Shown: positions 34,593 through 44,795 of the stretch, one piece after another
Numbering within the stretch: position 1 is the first letter of the stretch
Layout: every line of letters starts with the position of its first letter
Assembly (NCBI GenBank): GCA_934148875.1
Contig: CAKPDJ010000003.1
Location: forward strand, 1-54,243
Origin: an uncultured Bacilli bacterium
GTDB lineage: Bacteria > Bacillota_I > Bacilli_A > RF39 > UBA660
Direction of reading: 5' to 3'
Length of the DNA: 54,243 nucleotides
Position numbers and translations under genes: made by a program
The notes under the pieces: generated by a model
The model's database searches: none
Seen by the model: the letters and a program-made list of their open reading frames with translations, nothing else
What the model was told of the DNA's origin: nothing

Positions 34593-35594
34593 TTAATTTT
34601 TATTATGAATTATATATTGGTAACTGTCCCTTACCATGTCTTCTAACGATTTTTCAGCAACAAAGCCTAATTTTTCTTTAGCATATGTTGGATCTGCATA
34701 GCATTCTGCAATATCTCCGCTACGCCTTTCTACTATTTTGTATGGCACATCTACATTATTAATTTTTTTAAATAAGTTTACCATTTCTAATACACTGTAC
34801 CCGGTACCAGTTCCTAAGTTATAGCAATCAACACTATTTGTTTTTAATACCTTTTCTACTGCTTTAATATGACCTTTAGCCAAATCAACTACATGAATAT
34901 AATCTCTTACACCGGTGCCATCTTTGGTATTGTAATCATTACCAAAAATATTAAGATGGTCTAACTCTTTGGTTGCAACTTTCATTATATATGGCATTAG
35001 ATTATTAGGAATACCATTGGGATTTTCACCAAGTAAATAAGATTTATGAGCACCAATTGGATTAAAATATCTTAATATAGCTATACTCCAAGTTGGATCT
35101 GATTTATATAAATCTTTTAAAATATATTCTATAAATAACTTTGTTGAGCCATATGGATTAGTCGTTGATAGAGGAAAATCTTCTTTAATTGGTAAAGATT
35201 TAGGATTACCATATACTGTAGCACTAGATGAGAAGACAATTTTTTTACAGTCATATTGTCCCATTATTCTTAATAAATTCATTGTTGATACTAAATTATT
35301 TTGGTAGTAAAGCAATGGTTTTTCACAACTTTCTCCTACTGCTTTTAGACCAGCAAAGTGAATTACTACATCAATTTTATTTTCTTTAAATATCTTTTCT
35401 AAGTCTTCATAGTTGCATAAGTCATATTGATAAAATTTAGGTCTTTTGCCGGTTATTGTTTCTATTTTATCAAGTACATCTATTTTAGAGTTTACTAGAT
35501 TGTCAACTATTATTACCTCATAACTATTTTCTAATAACTCAATAACAGTATGACTACCAATATAGCCCATACCACCGGTAACTAATACTTTCAT
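34593..35594 (-). CDS. galE: UDP-glucose 4-epimerase
   Basis: Classic GalE motifs: VTGGMGYIGSHT, HFAGLKAVGES, SSSATVYG, YGSTK, LRYFNPIGAH, GIPNNLMPYI, FGNDYNTKDGTGVRDYIHVVDLAKGH. Confidence 0.9.
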   Translation of the reverse strand: MKVLVTGGMGYIGSHTVIELLENSYEVIIVDNLVNSKIDVLDKIETITGKRPKFYQYDLCNYEDLEKIFKENKIDVVIHFAGLKAVGESCEKPLLYYQNNLVSTMNLLRIMGQYDCKKIVFSSSATVYGNPKSLPIKEDFPLSTTNPYGSTKLFIEYILKDLYKSDPTWSIAILRYFNPIGAHKSYLLGENPNGIPNNLMPYIMKVATKELDHLNIFGNDYNTKDGTGVRDYIHVVDLAKGHIKAVEKVLKTNSVDCYNLGTGTGYSVLEMVNLFKKINNVDVPYKIVERRSGDIAECYADPTYAKEKLGFVAEKSLEDMVRDSYQYIIHNKN

Positions 35595-35623
35595 ACTTTC
35601 ACCTTCTTCCTAGTAGATATTAA

Positions 35624-35977
35624 CTATTTGCCTTTTATCATAAGTAATATACCAATAAGTATTAAACTACAACCTATTATTTTTGTAGTAGTTATTGGTT
35701 CTTTGAAAATAACAAATGCTGTAATCATTAGTAAGATGTAAACTAACGCAACTGTTAATGGTGATATAAAAGATAAATCAAATTTATTTAATAAAATTGT
35801 ATACAATAAAAAACTAGTACCATAGCAAATAAATCCAATTAATGTTACCCATGAAACACTGATATTAACAAATGGTACTGTAAATAAAGTCTTTACTTGC
35901 TCTAAACCACCATATTTTATTAAAGTTGAGCCTGTAACAGCAAAAATAACATATAAAACTATAAATACTATATTCAT
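35624..35977 (-). CDS. Small 4-TM DMT/SMR-like transporter (ArnE/F- or GtrA-role flippase candidate)
   Basis: 117 aa with four hydrophobic helices and an EamA-half-like layout. Adjacent to polyprenyl-phosphate GT2 and GT genes. Confidence 0.45.
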   Translation of the reverse strand: MNIVFIVLYVIFAVTGSTLIKYGGLEQVKTLFTVPFVNISVSWVTLIGFICYGTSFLLYTILLNKFDLSFISPLTVALVYILLMITAFVIFKEPITTTKIIGCSLILIGILLMIKGK

Positions 35978-37035
35978 TATTTATTTACCCTATCAACTAT
36001 ATCATTCATAGAAATAACTGTTTCTTTACCTTTCTCAGCTTGAATACTTGGATCATATTCTCCTGTACGTATTCCATCAATATATTTTCCTAAGACAATA
36101 TTATGTCCATAAAGTAAGTTACCAGTAATCATTTTAAATCCATTTTTAATAAATCCCAACCAATATTGGAATGTATAAGAGAAAGAATTTTTTAATATAT
36201 CTTTACTTAGATGTTCATTATCTGTAGGTAATTTTATTAAAATATCTTTAAAGAAATCATATATATAAATAACATCTTTGAAGCTAACCATATAATACCA
36301 TTCACAAACTGGTGCATTAAAATTAAGCATCATATGCACTGGCACTTTACCAGCGGTTGCATCAACATTTAAGGTTATTGGTGTTGCACCTTTTACTTCA
36401 TCGTATACTGCATGACAATTATTTATTTCTAATTTACCGCAATGTCTTTGAAGTAAATAAATAAAATGTGCAGCTTCATCAAAGAATAATCCTAATGGTA
36501 GGTCATTATACCACTCAGGTAACCTACGATTACGGTTTGTAAATTGAACTTCAGTTATTGATATAATATCACCATATTTTTTACTGTCAATAATGTCATT
36601 CAATTTTAACATTTGTGAAGCAAACTGAAAATTATGCATTACACAAAATTGTTTTTCCTTTTTCTTAGCAAGATTAATTAATTCATCACATTCTTGCTTA
36701 TTCATCATCATTGGTTTTTCAACTAATACATTTTTATCTAATTCCAAACACATTTTTGCTAATGGGTAGTGTTGTTTGGGTGGAGTTCCAATTACCACTG
36801 CATCTACCTCATTGAACCAATCACATTTTTTCAATTTTTTAATTGCTGATTCTGTATCATCAATTAACATACTATTAGAAATTTTCCATTTTTTTATAGT
36901 ACGATCAATATTTTTTTGACTATTACTTAATACTCCAATAATATTTACATTCTTTAATTTTTTTAAAGCTGGAATATGTCTAGAATTAGAAATATTACCT
37001 GCCCCTATAATACATATGTTAATTACTTTTTTCAT
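35977..37035 (-). CDS. Gfo/Idh/MocA-family NAD(P)-dependent oxidoreductase (sugar-nucleotide modifying)
   Basis: N-terminal Rossmann motif ICIIGAGNISNSRHIPAL and the EKP motif (VLVEKPM) typical of the family. Confidence 0.7.
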   Translation of the reverse strand: MKKVINICIIGAGNISNSRHIPALKKLKNVNIIGVLSNSQKNIDRTIKKWKISNSMLIDDTESAIKKLKKCDWFNEVDAVVIGTPPKQHYPLAKMCLELDKNVLVEKPMMMNKQECDELINLAKKKEKQFCVMHNFQFASQMLKLNDIIDSKKYGDIISITEVQFTNRNRRLPEWYNDLPLGLFFDEAAHFIYLLQRHCGKLEINNCHAVYDEVKGATPITLNVDATAGKVPVHMMLNFNAPVCEWYYMVSFKDVIYIYDFFKDILIKLPTDNEHLSKDILKNSFSYTFQYWLGFIKNGFKMITGNLLYGHNIVLGKYIDGIRTGEYDPSIQAEKGKETVISMNDIVDRVNK

Positions 37036-38176
37036 TTATCATTACCTCCAATTCATCAGATACCTGTTTTGCAGTTACCTTCCAAGTAAAATTTTTCATT
37101 ATTCTTTTATGAATATTTTCCTTTCTCTTATTAATTTCATCTTTATTATCTAATAAATAACAAATCTTTTCTGTAATACTATCTATATTTTCTCCTACAA
37201 TAATACCATATTTTTCATCATTAATTACTTCTATTGTTCCACCACGATCTGTTGCAATAATTGCACATTTCATAATTCCAGCTTCTAAAATGACTGTAGG
37301 TAATCCCTCGGGAAACATGGATGGATGTACAAATATATCTGTATCATTATAAAGTGACATAACTTCATTATAAGTTAATTTTCCTTCAAAATGAACATTT
37401 TTATGTTGATAATCCTTTTTTAATTGCTCTAGAATAGGACCATCACCAGCAATATATAATTCAATATTATCATATTTTTTAGTGATTTTTTTGTAAGCTT
37501 CTAATAATTCTATTATACCCTTTTCTTTAATAATTCTACCTGCAAATGTAATTACTATTTTATTTGGATTCTTTTTTAAATAGTGTTTATTTTTAAAATT
37601 ATTATATGCATTTTCATCTATTGAATTATAGAAAACACCATTTGCATTAATTTTAAAATGCTTTAACCAATCATTACATCTTTTTGAAACGCCATAGAAT
37701 TTATGGACAAATTTCTTTAAATGCATAGTTAGTCCATGCTCATAAATTGCACCAAAAATATCTAATATTTTATTATTTACTGTAAAATGGTTACTTCCAT
37801 GCTCAATAACTAAAACAGGAATTTTATTTTTTTTAGCAAATTTACCACCAATTAGTGAAGTTAAATGAAATCTAGTATTACAAATTACAGCATCTATATT
37901 TTCATTATTTAACTTATTCATAATTTTTTTATACTCTTTATTCTTTTTAGGAATTGGATATCTCTTATGAAATAAAGAATATATTGGTATACGAAAAATA
38001 TGATATTTACCTTTTTCTTCACTTTTGAAATTATCATAATTACTGGTTACAATTATAATTTTATAACCTAAACTTTGTAATTGATCTGCTAACTTATCTG
38101 TATACCTTTCAATTCCACCTAAAAATGGAAGAAAATATCCTGTAAATATTGCTATCTTTTTCTCATTTTTTTCCAT
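37019..38176 (-). CDS. Glycosyltransferase, GT4 (GT-B fold) family
   Basis: 385 aa with the E-x7-E region FPEGLPTVILEAGIMKCAIIATDRGGTIEVI and a GT1/GT4 C-terminal domain layout. Confidence 0.75.
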   Translation of the reverse strand: MEKNEKKIAIFTGYFLPFLGGIERYTDKLADQLQSLGYKIIIVTSNYDNFKSEEKGKYHIFRIPIYSLFHKRYPIPKKNKEYKKIMNKLNNENIDAVICNTRFHLTSLIGGKFAKKNKIPVLVIEHGSNHFTVNNKILDIFGAIYEHGLTMHLKKFVHKFYGVSKRCNDWLKHFKINANGVFYNSIDENAYNNFKNKHYLKKNPNKIVITFAGRIIKEKGIIELLEAYKKITKKYDNIELYIAGDGPILEQLKKDYQHKNVHFEGKLTYNEVMSLYNDTDIFVHPSMFPEGLPTVILEAGIMKCAIIATDRGGTIEVINDEKYGIIVGENIDSITEKICYLLDNKDEINKRKENIHKRIMKNFTWKVTAKQVSDELEVMINEKSN

Positions 38177-38522
38177 GTTTTTCTAACACCTCAACCCTAG
38201 ATTTTAGCATAGAAACTTCTTGAATTAATAGCCTGATTTTTTGTGTTTGCTTTGACACAATAATAGTAAATGAAAAGCTTATAGCAAATAAAACACCAAT
38301 GGCTATCATAAATATCATATTAGAAGCTAACTCAAATCCTAATATTTTACTTAATCGTTCTAAAAATTGAGGGACTAAAATAATAATTATACTAATTAAA
38401 CAACTTGCTAACCATATTAGTGAATATTTAATACTAATATTATCTTTTTTTATAAAAGCAATCATTATAATAACAAAAAATATTATTGCAATAATTAAAC
38501 TAAATCTTAATCGTAACTCCAT
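38163..38522 (-). CDS. DUF2304-type small membrane protein (GacJ-like GT2 partner candidate)
   Basis: 119 aa with 4 TM segments and a C-terminal amphipathic/coiled tail (IRLLIQEVSMLKSRVEVLEK). Immediately downstream of, and overlapping, the GT2 gene, as is typical for DUF2304. Confidence 0.55.
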   Translation of the reverse strand: MELRLRFSLIIAIIFFVIIMIAFIKKDNISIKYSLIWLASCLISIIIILVPQFLERLSKILGFELASNMIFMIAIGVLFAISFSFTIIVSKQTQKIRLLIQEVSMLKSRVEVLEKHGKK

Positions 38523-40630
38523 TATTTATTTCCTCCATTTTTTAAACTAGAAATTATAATTGATAAAGAAACATTTACCATATAATATACTGGTTTCCAT
38601 AAACTGCTTGTGATAGAGGAATTTCCTCCTTCTCTTTCATTCATAGAAACAGGAATTTCAATAGTTTTATATCCTTTTTTTGCAATAGCTACAAATGAAG
38701 CAGGTTCTGGAGAATCAATCGGATAGTCTTTTGCAAACTCTTTAATAATATATCGATTTGCTGCTCTAAATCCACTTGTAGTATCAGTTATCTTTTTATC
38801 AGTACAAGCTTTAATTAAAAATGAAATAAAATTAATACCAATTCTTCTTATCCATGTTGACTTGAATTTGCTTGAATCTTTATCTATAAATCTTGAACCA
38901 ATCGATAAATCGGCTTTTCCATCTAAAATAGGTTGAATTAATTTTTTTACATACCTAACATCATGTTGTCCATCACCATCATATTGAATCGCTATATCAT
39001 AGTCATTTTCTAATGCATATTTATATCCAGTTTGAACTGCACCACCAATTCCCAAATTATTAACTAAATTAATATGAGGAATATTGTTTTCTTCTAATAT
39101 TTTTTGCGTATTATCTTTAGAGCCATCGTTAATAACGATAACTTCATAATTTGTTTTATTCTTTTTATTATAATCAACTATCTTTTGATATGTTTTTTTA
39201 ATATTATCTTCTTCATTATAAGCTGGTATTATTAATAAAATTCTAGGATTTTTACTTGTTATTTGTTCATTGGATTCTATAATTTCCCCTTTATTATAAT
39301 TTTCTTTTTTTCTAAATAGCAAACTTCCTAATACTATAAAATTTATTATAGAAATTGAGTTAACATATCTAGAAAATGAGGCAGCTACCAAATACTCTGG
39401 TAATGTGAATCCAATAAATTGAGTAATTACTACCATACCAATATACATAAATTCAAATAACATTATTATACTAGCAGCAAAAACATATTTTTTGTCTTCA
39501 TTATTCTTCTTTTTAAAAATATTTATAATGATAAGTAATATAGTTATTATAAATATAACATATATAAGTACATTAAAATAATAATAGTCACAATTTAATG
39601 TTTGAATTTTTAAGTTTTCTAAATAAGAACGTAAATTGGAAATATCTAAACGAGTTGATAATCTTTCGATAATTGTATCGGTATTTCTAGTATCCATTAC
39701 TTCGTGATTATAGCCACCTATTTTTTCAAATAATTTCCATATAAAAGGAAATGCTATTAATATATTCATTAATATAAATTGTTTTTTATTTACTAACTTC
39801 TTATATAGAGAAATTATGGATATAACCAATAGAATTACTATCATTAAATATATTGCTTCTCTTCTTGTTAATAATGCTCCAAAGCATATAATTAAATATA
39901 ACCATGGTAAATCTTTATTATTGTTTACAATATAATGTTTAACTAATCCATATACACCAATTGTAAAATATAACATGAAGAAAATATTAGTATAAAAACT
40001 TTTTGCTAGCTGTAATATCTCAGAGCTTGACACTAAAAATAGCATTGAAATGAGAGCTGAAATATGATTATTTACATTGTCTTCCCTTAATTTTGAATAA
40101 ATACCTAGAGATAGTAAACCATAAAATATAACACTTATTATTCTAACTGAAGTTATGGATAAACCTGTAAATTCTAAAGACATTACCCCAGTAAAATAAT
40201 TAATTGGCGCATAAACTTTGAATAAATGTTCGAATCCATGTGATAAATAAATAATTGTTGACCCGGTTTGGTAAGCAGTAAATTCATCATAATTATAAAA
40301 TTCAAAAAAGCCTGTACTTGCCATCAATATTAATCTAAAAACTATATAACAAACAAAAATAATATAATATATAGGAATCTTTTTTAAGTCATTTTCTATT
40401 TTTATTCTTCTTTTTATAAAAGATAGTAATGAAATAAGTGATAATGAAATAAAAATATATTTATTATAATAAATTTTCAAAAATGCTAATAAAATAAATA
40501 TAACTGTGTGAAAAACTATACCTATTGGTAATGATAACACTATTATATTAGACAGTTTTTCTTTTTTACTAATAAAATTTATTATTGAAAATCCTGTAAT
40601 TAAACATAGTATTAAAAATATATACATCAT
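38522..40630 (-). CDS. Fusion protein: N-terminal GT-C-like polytopic domain + C-terminal polyprenyl-phosphate-sugar GT2 domain
   Basis: The first ~440 aa have at least 10 TM segments with a DE-containing loop (FYNYDEFTAYQTG). The C-terminal GT2 domain carries LLIIPAYNEEDNI, VINDGSKDNT, YDGDGQHD and TDTTSGFRA motifs plus a terminal TM. Confidence 0.65.
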   Translation of the reverse strand: MMYIFLILCLITGFSIINFISKKEKLSNIIVLSLPIGIVFHTVIFILLAFLKIYYNKYIFISLSLISLLSFIKRRIKIENDLKKIPIYYIIFVCYIVFRLILMASTGFFEFYNYDEFTAYQTGSTIIYLSHGFEHLFKVYAPINYFTGVMSLEFTGLSITSVRIISVIFYGLLSLGIYSKLREDNVNNHISALISMLFLVSSSEILQLAKSFYTNIFFMLYFTIGVYGLVKHYIVNNNKDLPWLYLIICFGALLTRREAIYLMIVILLVISIISLYKKLVNKKQFILMNILIAFPFIWKLFEKIGGYNHEVMDTRNTDTIIERLSTRLDISNLRSYLENLKIQTLNCDYYYFNVLIYVIFIITILLIIINIFKKKNNEDKKYVFAASIIMLFEFMYIGMVVITQFIGFTLPEYLVAASFSRYVNSISIINFIVLGSLLFRKKENYNKGEIIESNEQITSKNPRILLIIPAYNEEDNIKKTYQKIVDYNKKNKTNYEVIVINDGSKDNTQKILEENNIPHINLVNNLGIGGAVQTGYKYALENDYDIAIQYDGDGQHDVRYVKKLIQPILDGKADLSIGSRFIDKDSSKFKSTWIRRIGINFISFLIKACTDKKITDTTSGFRAANRYIIKEFAKDYPIDSPEPASFVAIAKKGYKTIEIPVSMNEREGGNSSITSSLWKPVYYMVNVSLSIIISSLKNGGNK

Positions 40631-41481
40631 TTTACCTCCATACTGTTCTTTATTTCTTTTGCAACTTCTTTATCGCAATCGGCTAGTGTATTACAATAAT
40701 CAATTAAAAATAATGAATTATTATAATCACCTAAATAAGAATATATTTTTGCTTTATTTAACACTATTTCAGTATTTATAAGAGGTAATTCTAAATATTG
40801 ATTATAAAAATCAATTGCTAGTTCCTTTTCATCGGTTTCAATTAATTTATTTGCATAACCATATAAATATTCATATGCTGCATTACCATATAAATAACTA
40901 TAACTATCTATATAATTTTTTATATAATTCATTACTTCATTATAATTATTATCATTATATTTACTTGAGTTTTCCCTAAGATCATAAAGATCGTTATTAT
41001 AATCAGCAACTAATTCTAATGTTTTTTCTTTTGTAACTCTATATATAGAAATATCTTTTAAAGTAGTTATATTTAATATGCTACTATTTTTACCTACGAT
41101 TACTATATAATCATTTTTATTTTCTATAATACTATTAAGAAAATGCTCATCTGTATAATTAGATAATTGCATACATCTATGATATTTTGGCATTTTTATT
41201 GGATAAAAAATTCTTGTGTTAAAATAATATTGAAGACAAATATCATACTTATTTTCTTCATTAGCAAACATTATACTCATTACAGTATCTTTGTTGTTAG
41301 GTATTATTTTATTTATAGTAGATAAATTATGTGCTAGAACCACATAGTCTATATTAACCTTTTCCACCTTATAATTTGGATTAAACATGTAACCAGAATA
41401 TGATTTTTTATATATATTATTAATTTGAACTACTAATAATATTATTAATAGTATTATTCCTAAAAGATTTCGTTTTTTCAT
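40627..41481 (-). CDS. N-terminally anchored protein with TPR-like C-terminal helices, unknown function
   Basis: 284 aa with one N-terminal TM. The C-terminal Y/L/N-rich helical repeats (AIDFYNQYLELPL...KAKIYSYLGDYNNSLFLIDY) are TPR-like by eye. Confidence 0.3.
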   Translation of the reverse strand: MKKRNLLGIILLIILLVVQINNIYKKSYSGYMFNPNYKVEKVNIDYVVLAHNLSTINKIIPNNKDTVMSIMFANEENKYDICLQYYFNTRIFYPIKMPKYHRCMQLSNYTDEHFLNSIIENKNDYIVIVGKNSSILNITTLKDISIYRVTKEKTLELVADYNNDLYDLRENSSKYNDNNYNEVMNYIKNYIDSYSYLYGNAAYEYLYGYANKLIETDEKELAIDFYNQYLELPLINTEIVLNKAKIYSYLGDYNNSLFLIDYCNTLADCDKEVAKEIKNSMEVK

Positions 41482-41512
41482 GATACACCTACTTATTGTA
41501 ATAATCTAATTA

Positions 41513-42628
41513 TTATTTTTTAGCCTCTATATTTTTTATTATAATGTCGGCAATTCTTTCACTAGTATGTCCATCTCCATAGGGATTTGAAGCATGACTC
41601 ATTCTTTCATATTCAGCTTTATTTGTTAATAGTTCACGTGTTAATTGATATATTGTTTCTTCATCTGTTCCGGCTAATTTTAATGTGCCCGCTTCTATTC
41701 CTTCAGGTCTTTCTGTTGTATCTCTTAGTACTAAAACTGGCTTTCCAAGTGATGGCGCTTCTTCTTGAATTCCACCACTATCACTAAGAATTACATAAGA
41801 TTTATTTTGAAAATTATGAAAATCAAATACTTCTAGTGGTTCAATCATTCTAATCCTGTCGCAATTTCCTAATACTTCATTAGCTATTTCTCTAACTTTT
41901 GGATTTAAATGAATTGGAAAAACAACTTTAACATCTTCAAATTCATCTACAATTCTTTTTACAGCTCTAAAAATATTATACATTGGGTCACCTAGATTTT
42001 CTCTTCTATGAGAGGTTAAAAGTATCATTCTATCATTTCCAACCCAATCAAATATTTCATTTTTGTAATCACTTTTTACTGTAGTTTTCATTGCATCAAT
42101 TGCTGTATTTCCTGTAACATAGATTTTATCTATATCTTTTCCTTCTTTAAGAAGGTTATTTTTACTCATCTCAGTTGGTGCAAAATAGAAATCTGCCATA
42201 CAGTCAACCATCTGTCTATTCATTTCTTCAGGAAATGGAGAATATTTGTCCCATGTTCTTAAGCCTGCTTCAACATGTCCTATTTTAATTTGGTTATAAA
42301 AGGCTGCTAGCCCGGCTGCGAATGTTGTCGATGTATCACCGTGAACTAAAACAATATCAGGTTTTTCCTGCTTCATTATTTCTTCTAGTCCTAGTAAAAC
42401 ATTAGAAGTAATTCCACTCAAAGTTTGTCCTGGTTTCATAATATTTAAATCATATTTTGGTGTAATTTGAAAAGTTTCTAAAACCTGATCAAGCATTTGA
42501 CGATGCTGTGCAGTTACACATACAATAGATTCTATTTCTTTTCTTTTTTCTAATTCCTTTACTAAAGGTGCCATTTTTATTGCTTCTGGTCTTGTACCAA
42601 AAATACTCATTACTTTAATTTTTTCCAT
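41513..42628 (-). CDS. wecB: UDP-N-acetylglucosamine 2-epimerase (non-hydrolysing)
   Basis: Motifs: MSIFGTRPEAIKMAPL, VHGDTSTTFAA, GHVEAGLRT, SDSGGIQEEAPSLGKPVLVLRDTTERPEG, NPYGDG. Confidence 0.9.
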   Translation of the reverse strand: MEKIKVMSIFGTRPEAIKMAPLVKELEKRKEIESIVCVTAQHRQMLDQVLETFQITPKYDLNIMKPGQTLSGITSNVLLGLEEIMKQEKPDIVLVHGDTSTTFAAGLAAFYNQIKIGHVEAGLRTWDKYSPFPEEMNRQMVDCMADFYFAPTEMSKNNLLKEGKDIDKIYVTGNTAIDAMKTTVKSDYKNEIFDWVGNDRMILLTSHRRENLGDPMYNIFRAVKRIVDEFEDVKVVFPIHLNPKVREIANEVLGNCDRIRMIEPLEVFDFHNFQNKSYVILSDSGGIQEEAPSLGKPVLVLRDTTERPEGIEAGTLKLAGTDEETIYQLTRELLTNKAEYERMSHASNPYGDGHTSERIADIIIKNIEAKK

Positions 42629-42629
42629 T

Positions 42630-44795
42630 TTATTTTTCCTCCAATATTTTAATATAATCTTTTAATCTATTATCCCATGATGAATCATGTATTATTTTTT
42701 TGTACTTATCGGTTTCTTTGAATTTTGATTCTAATGCTTTGTTCAAAACAGATTCAAAATTATCTTTGTTATAGAAATTAACTAATCCTTTAAATTGATC
42801 CAATTCATTCCAATAACTTGTTACTATTGGTTTTTTCATATATAAATATTCATAAATCTTTACTGGATCAACAAATTCAATAACGTCATTAAGTAAAAAT
42901 GGCATCATCATAACATCAGAATCATTGATATATTGTGGAACTAAATGGTGTTCAATAGGACCAGGAAATATTATATTTTTTTCCTTTATTTTCTCAATTC
43001 TATTTTTAACATTTGGATTAATCGGACCTATTATATTAAAGAACACTTCTTTATGTTTTCTGGCATATGATACTACATTATCAAAATCAAACCAATCATC
43101 GATTGTTCCAATATAAGTTACACATGGATGATTAAATTCTGTTTTTTCTTTTTTCCAGTTTTTAAATGTGTTTTTATCATATCCATTTCTAATTACTGTA
43201 CAAAAACTTTCATCAAGATTATACATATTCATAAATTTCTCTTTTAATTTTTCAGCACTTACAATTAGATGTTTAGAATTTCTAATTAGTTTTTCCTGCT
43301 TCTCAAGATATCCAGCTTTATTTGGTTCCCAAGCTTCATAGTTATCCATTGCTTCATAATAGAATTCAACTTTTTTAAGTTTATTTATCTTCATAAAGAA
43401 GAAGTCCATTTGATTAGGTTGAGTTATTATTATTTTGTCATAGTTCCAGAATGAAGTTCTTAAAATGGATCTTATTGTATTTTTTCTAATATTTTTTGGC
43501 GTATTTGCTGGTAATATTTTGAATGGAATGATTCTAAAATTTTTGTTTAATTCTACATCATTTTTAACATAGTTATTAGAATCTTTTGGCATGTACTTGT
43601 CATATAATGTCTGATATCTATAATCAACTTTAAATTTATTTGAATTTGATATTTCTAAGGGAACAAAATGTGGTCTTTGTTTTATCCATTTCCATGTTAC
43701 TAATGAAAAATATAATACTTTTGGCTTTCTTCTCAGTTTCCTTTGAATGATAGTTAATGGTAATAAAATTGTTTGTATTATCATAATAAACAATTTTACC
43801 AATTTTATTTTCAAATTATCTTTATTGATTGATTTTAGTTTTATAAATGGTTTCTTAATTTTATTTTTTAATCCTTTGAATGTAAAATATTTAATCTTTG
43901 TAACTAATTTGTTAATTTTTAACTTATCCTCAACTGGTCTAAGGACTGTGATTAAATACAATGCTATTAATTTCCATTTATTATAAAATTTATTACACCT
44001 AAAATTATATGTTTTATGATAATACATCTTACTTTTTTGAAGATTTTTAAACTTTCTCATATAATTCATATTTTTATCTATTGTTACTGATTCAAAATGT
44101 TTAAATTTGCAGGTATTTAAAACTACATTTTTATATTTTTTTGATTTTAGCTTATTTCCAAGTATATCCTCTTCAAAATAAAGAAATGTATTTTCATCAA
44201 AATACCCAACTTCTTTAAATGCAGAATGTCTAATAATAAAGAATGAACCTGCAACACAGTCAACATAAGCGACATCCCTGCTAAGGTATAATTCATCATA
44301 TCTTTCAATATGTGGTTTCTGAAAGATCGTAGTTAATGCTGGCGAAGAATCCATAATGTCACCTTTAAGTGATCTTAATTTCCATCCAGATAATTGATGA
44401 GGGTTATCATTTATATCGTACATTCTTGGGGCAGCTATTGCTACATCGTCATGTGCTTTTAGAAATTTTAAACATTGATTGTATGCATCTTCTGATACTT
44501 CAACGTCTGGATTTGAAATAGCTATATATTTAAATTCACCATATTTTTCATTTAAATATTTTATTGCAAAGTTGTTTCCATATGCATAGCCCTTGTTTTC
44601 CTGACTAATTATCACATCAACCTTGTTTGAAGATAATTTCTTTAATTGCTCGTATGAATTATCTGGTGATTTATTATCAATAACAACAATTTTGTCTATA
44701 CATTTATAGTTTTCTATTTCTTTTATATACCTGTTTGTATTATCTGGATCATTATAATTAAGTACAACTACTGCTAAATTCATATTATTTTTCAT
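42630..44795 (-). CDS. Bifunctional glycosyltransferase (N-terminal GT2, C-terminal GT-B/GT4-like domain)
   Basis: N-terminal GT2 motifs: AVVVLNYNDPDNT, VIDNKSPDNS, FFIIRHSAFKEVGYFDE. A central TM-like segment follows. C-terminal GT-B-like region: YIGTIDDWFDFD...FVDPVKIYEYLYMKKPIV. Confidence 0.65.
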   Translation of the reverse strand: MKNNMNLAVVVLNYNDPDNTNRYIKEIENYKCIDKIVVIDNKSPDNSYEQLKKLSSNKVDVIISQENKGYAYGNNFAIKYLNEKYGEFKYIAISNPDVEVSEDAYNQCLKFLKAHDDVAIAAPRMYDINDNPHQLSGWKLRSLKGDIMDSSPALTTIFQKPHIERYDELYLSRDVAYVDCVAGSFFIIRHSAFKEVGYFDENTFLYFEEDILGNKLKSKKYKNVVLNTCKFKHFESVTIDKNMNYMRKFKNLQKSKMYYHKTYNFRCNKFYNKWKLIALYLITVLRPVEDKLKINKLVTKIKYFTFKGLKNKIKKPFIKLKSINKDNLKIKLVKLFIMIIQTILLPLTIIQRKLRRKPKVLYFSLVTWKWIKQRPHFVPLEISNSNKFKVDYRYQTLYDKYMPKDSNNYVKNDVELNKNFRIIPFKILPANTPKNIRKNTIRSILRTSFWNYDKIIITQPNQMDFFFMKINKLKKVEFYYEAMDNYEAWEPNKAGYLEKQEKLIRNSKHLIVSAEKLKEKFMNMYNLDESFCTVIRNGYDKNTFKNWKKEKTEFNHPCVTYIGTIDDWFDFDNVVSYARKHKEVFFNIIGPINPNVKNRIEKIKEKNIIFPGPIEHHLVPQYINDSDVMMMPFLLNDVIEFVDPVKIYEYLYMKKPIVTSYWNELDQFKGLVNFYNKDNFESVLNKALESKFKETDKYKKIIHDSSWDNRLKDYIKILEEK

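Noticed and set aside
34569-34594. 12-bp palindrome (AAAGAAAAATTT TT AAATTTTTCTTT) overlapping the galE stop codon, as a terminator between galE and the adhesin gene.
   Set aside because: The stem is almost pure A/T with a single G:C pair and a 2-nt loop. It is thermodynamically weak and expected by chance in this composition.
34593-35594. The SDR enzyme at the end of the operon as the missing dTDP-glucose 4,6-dehydratase (RfbB).
   Set aside because: It carries GalE-specific motifs (FAGLKAVGES, LRYFNPIGAH, GIPNNLMPYI, FGNDYNTKDGTGVRDYIHVVDLA) rather than RfbB-type ones.
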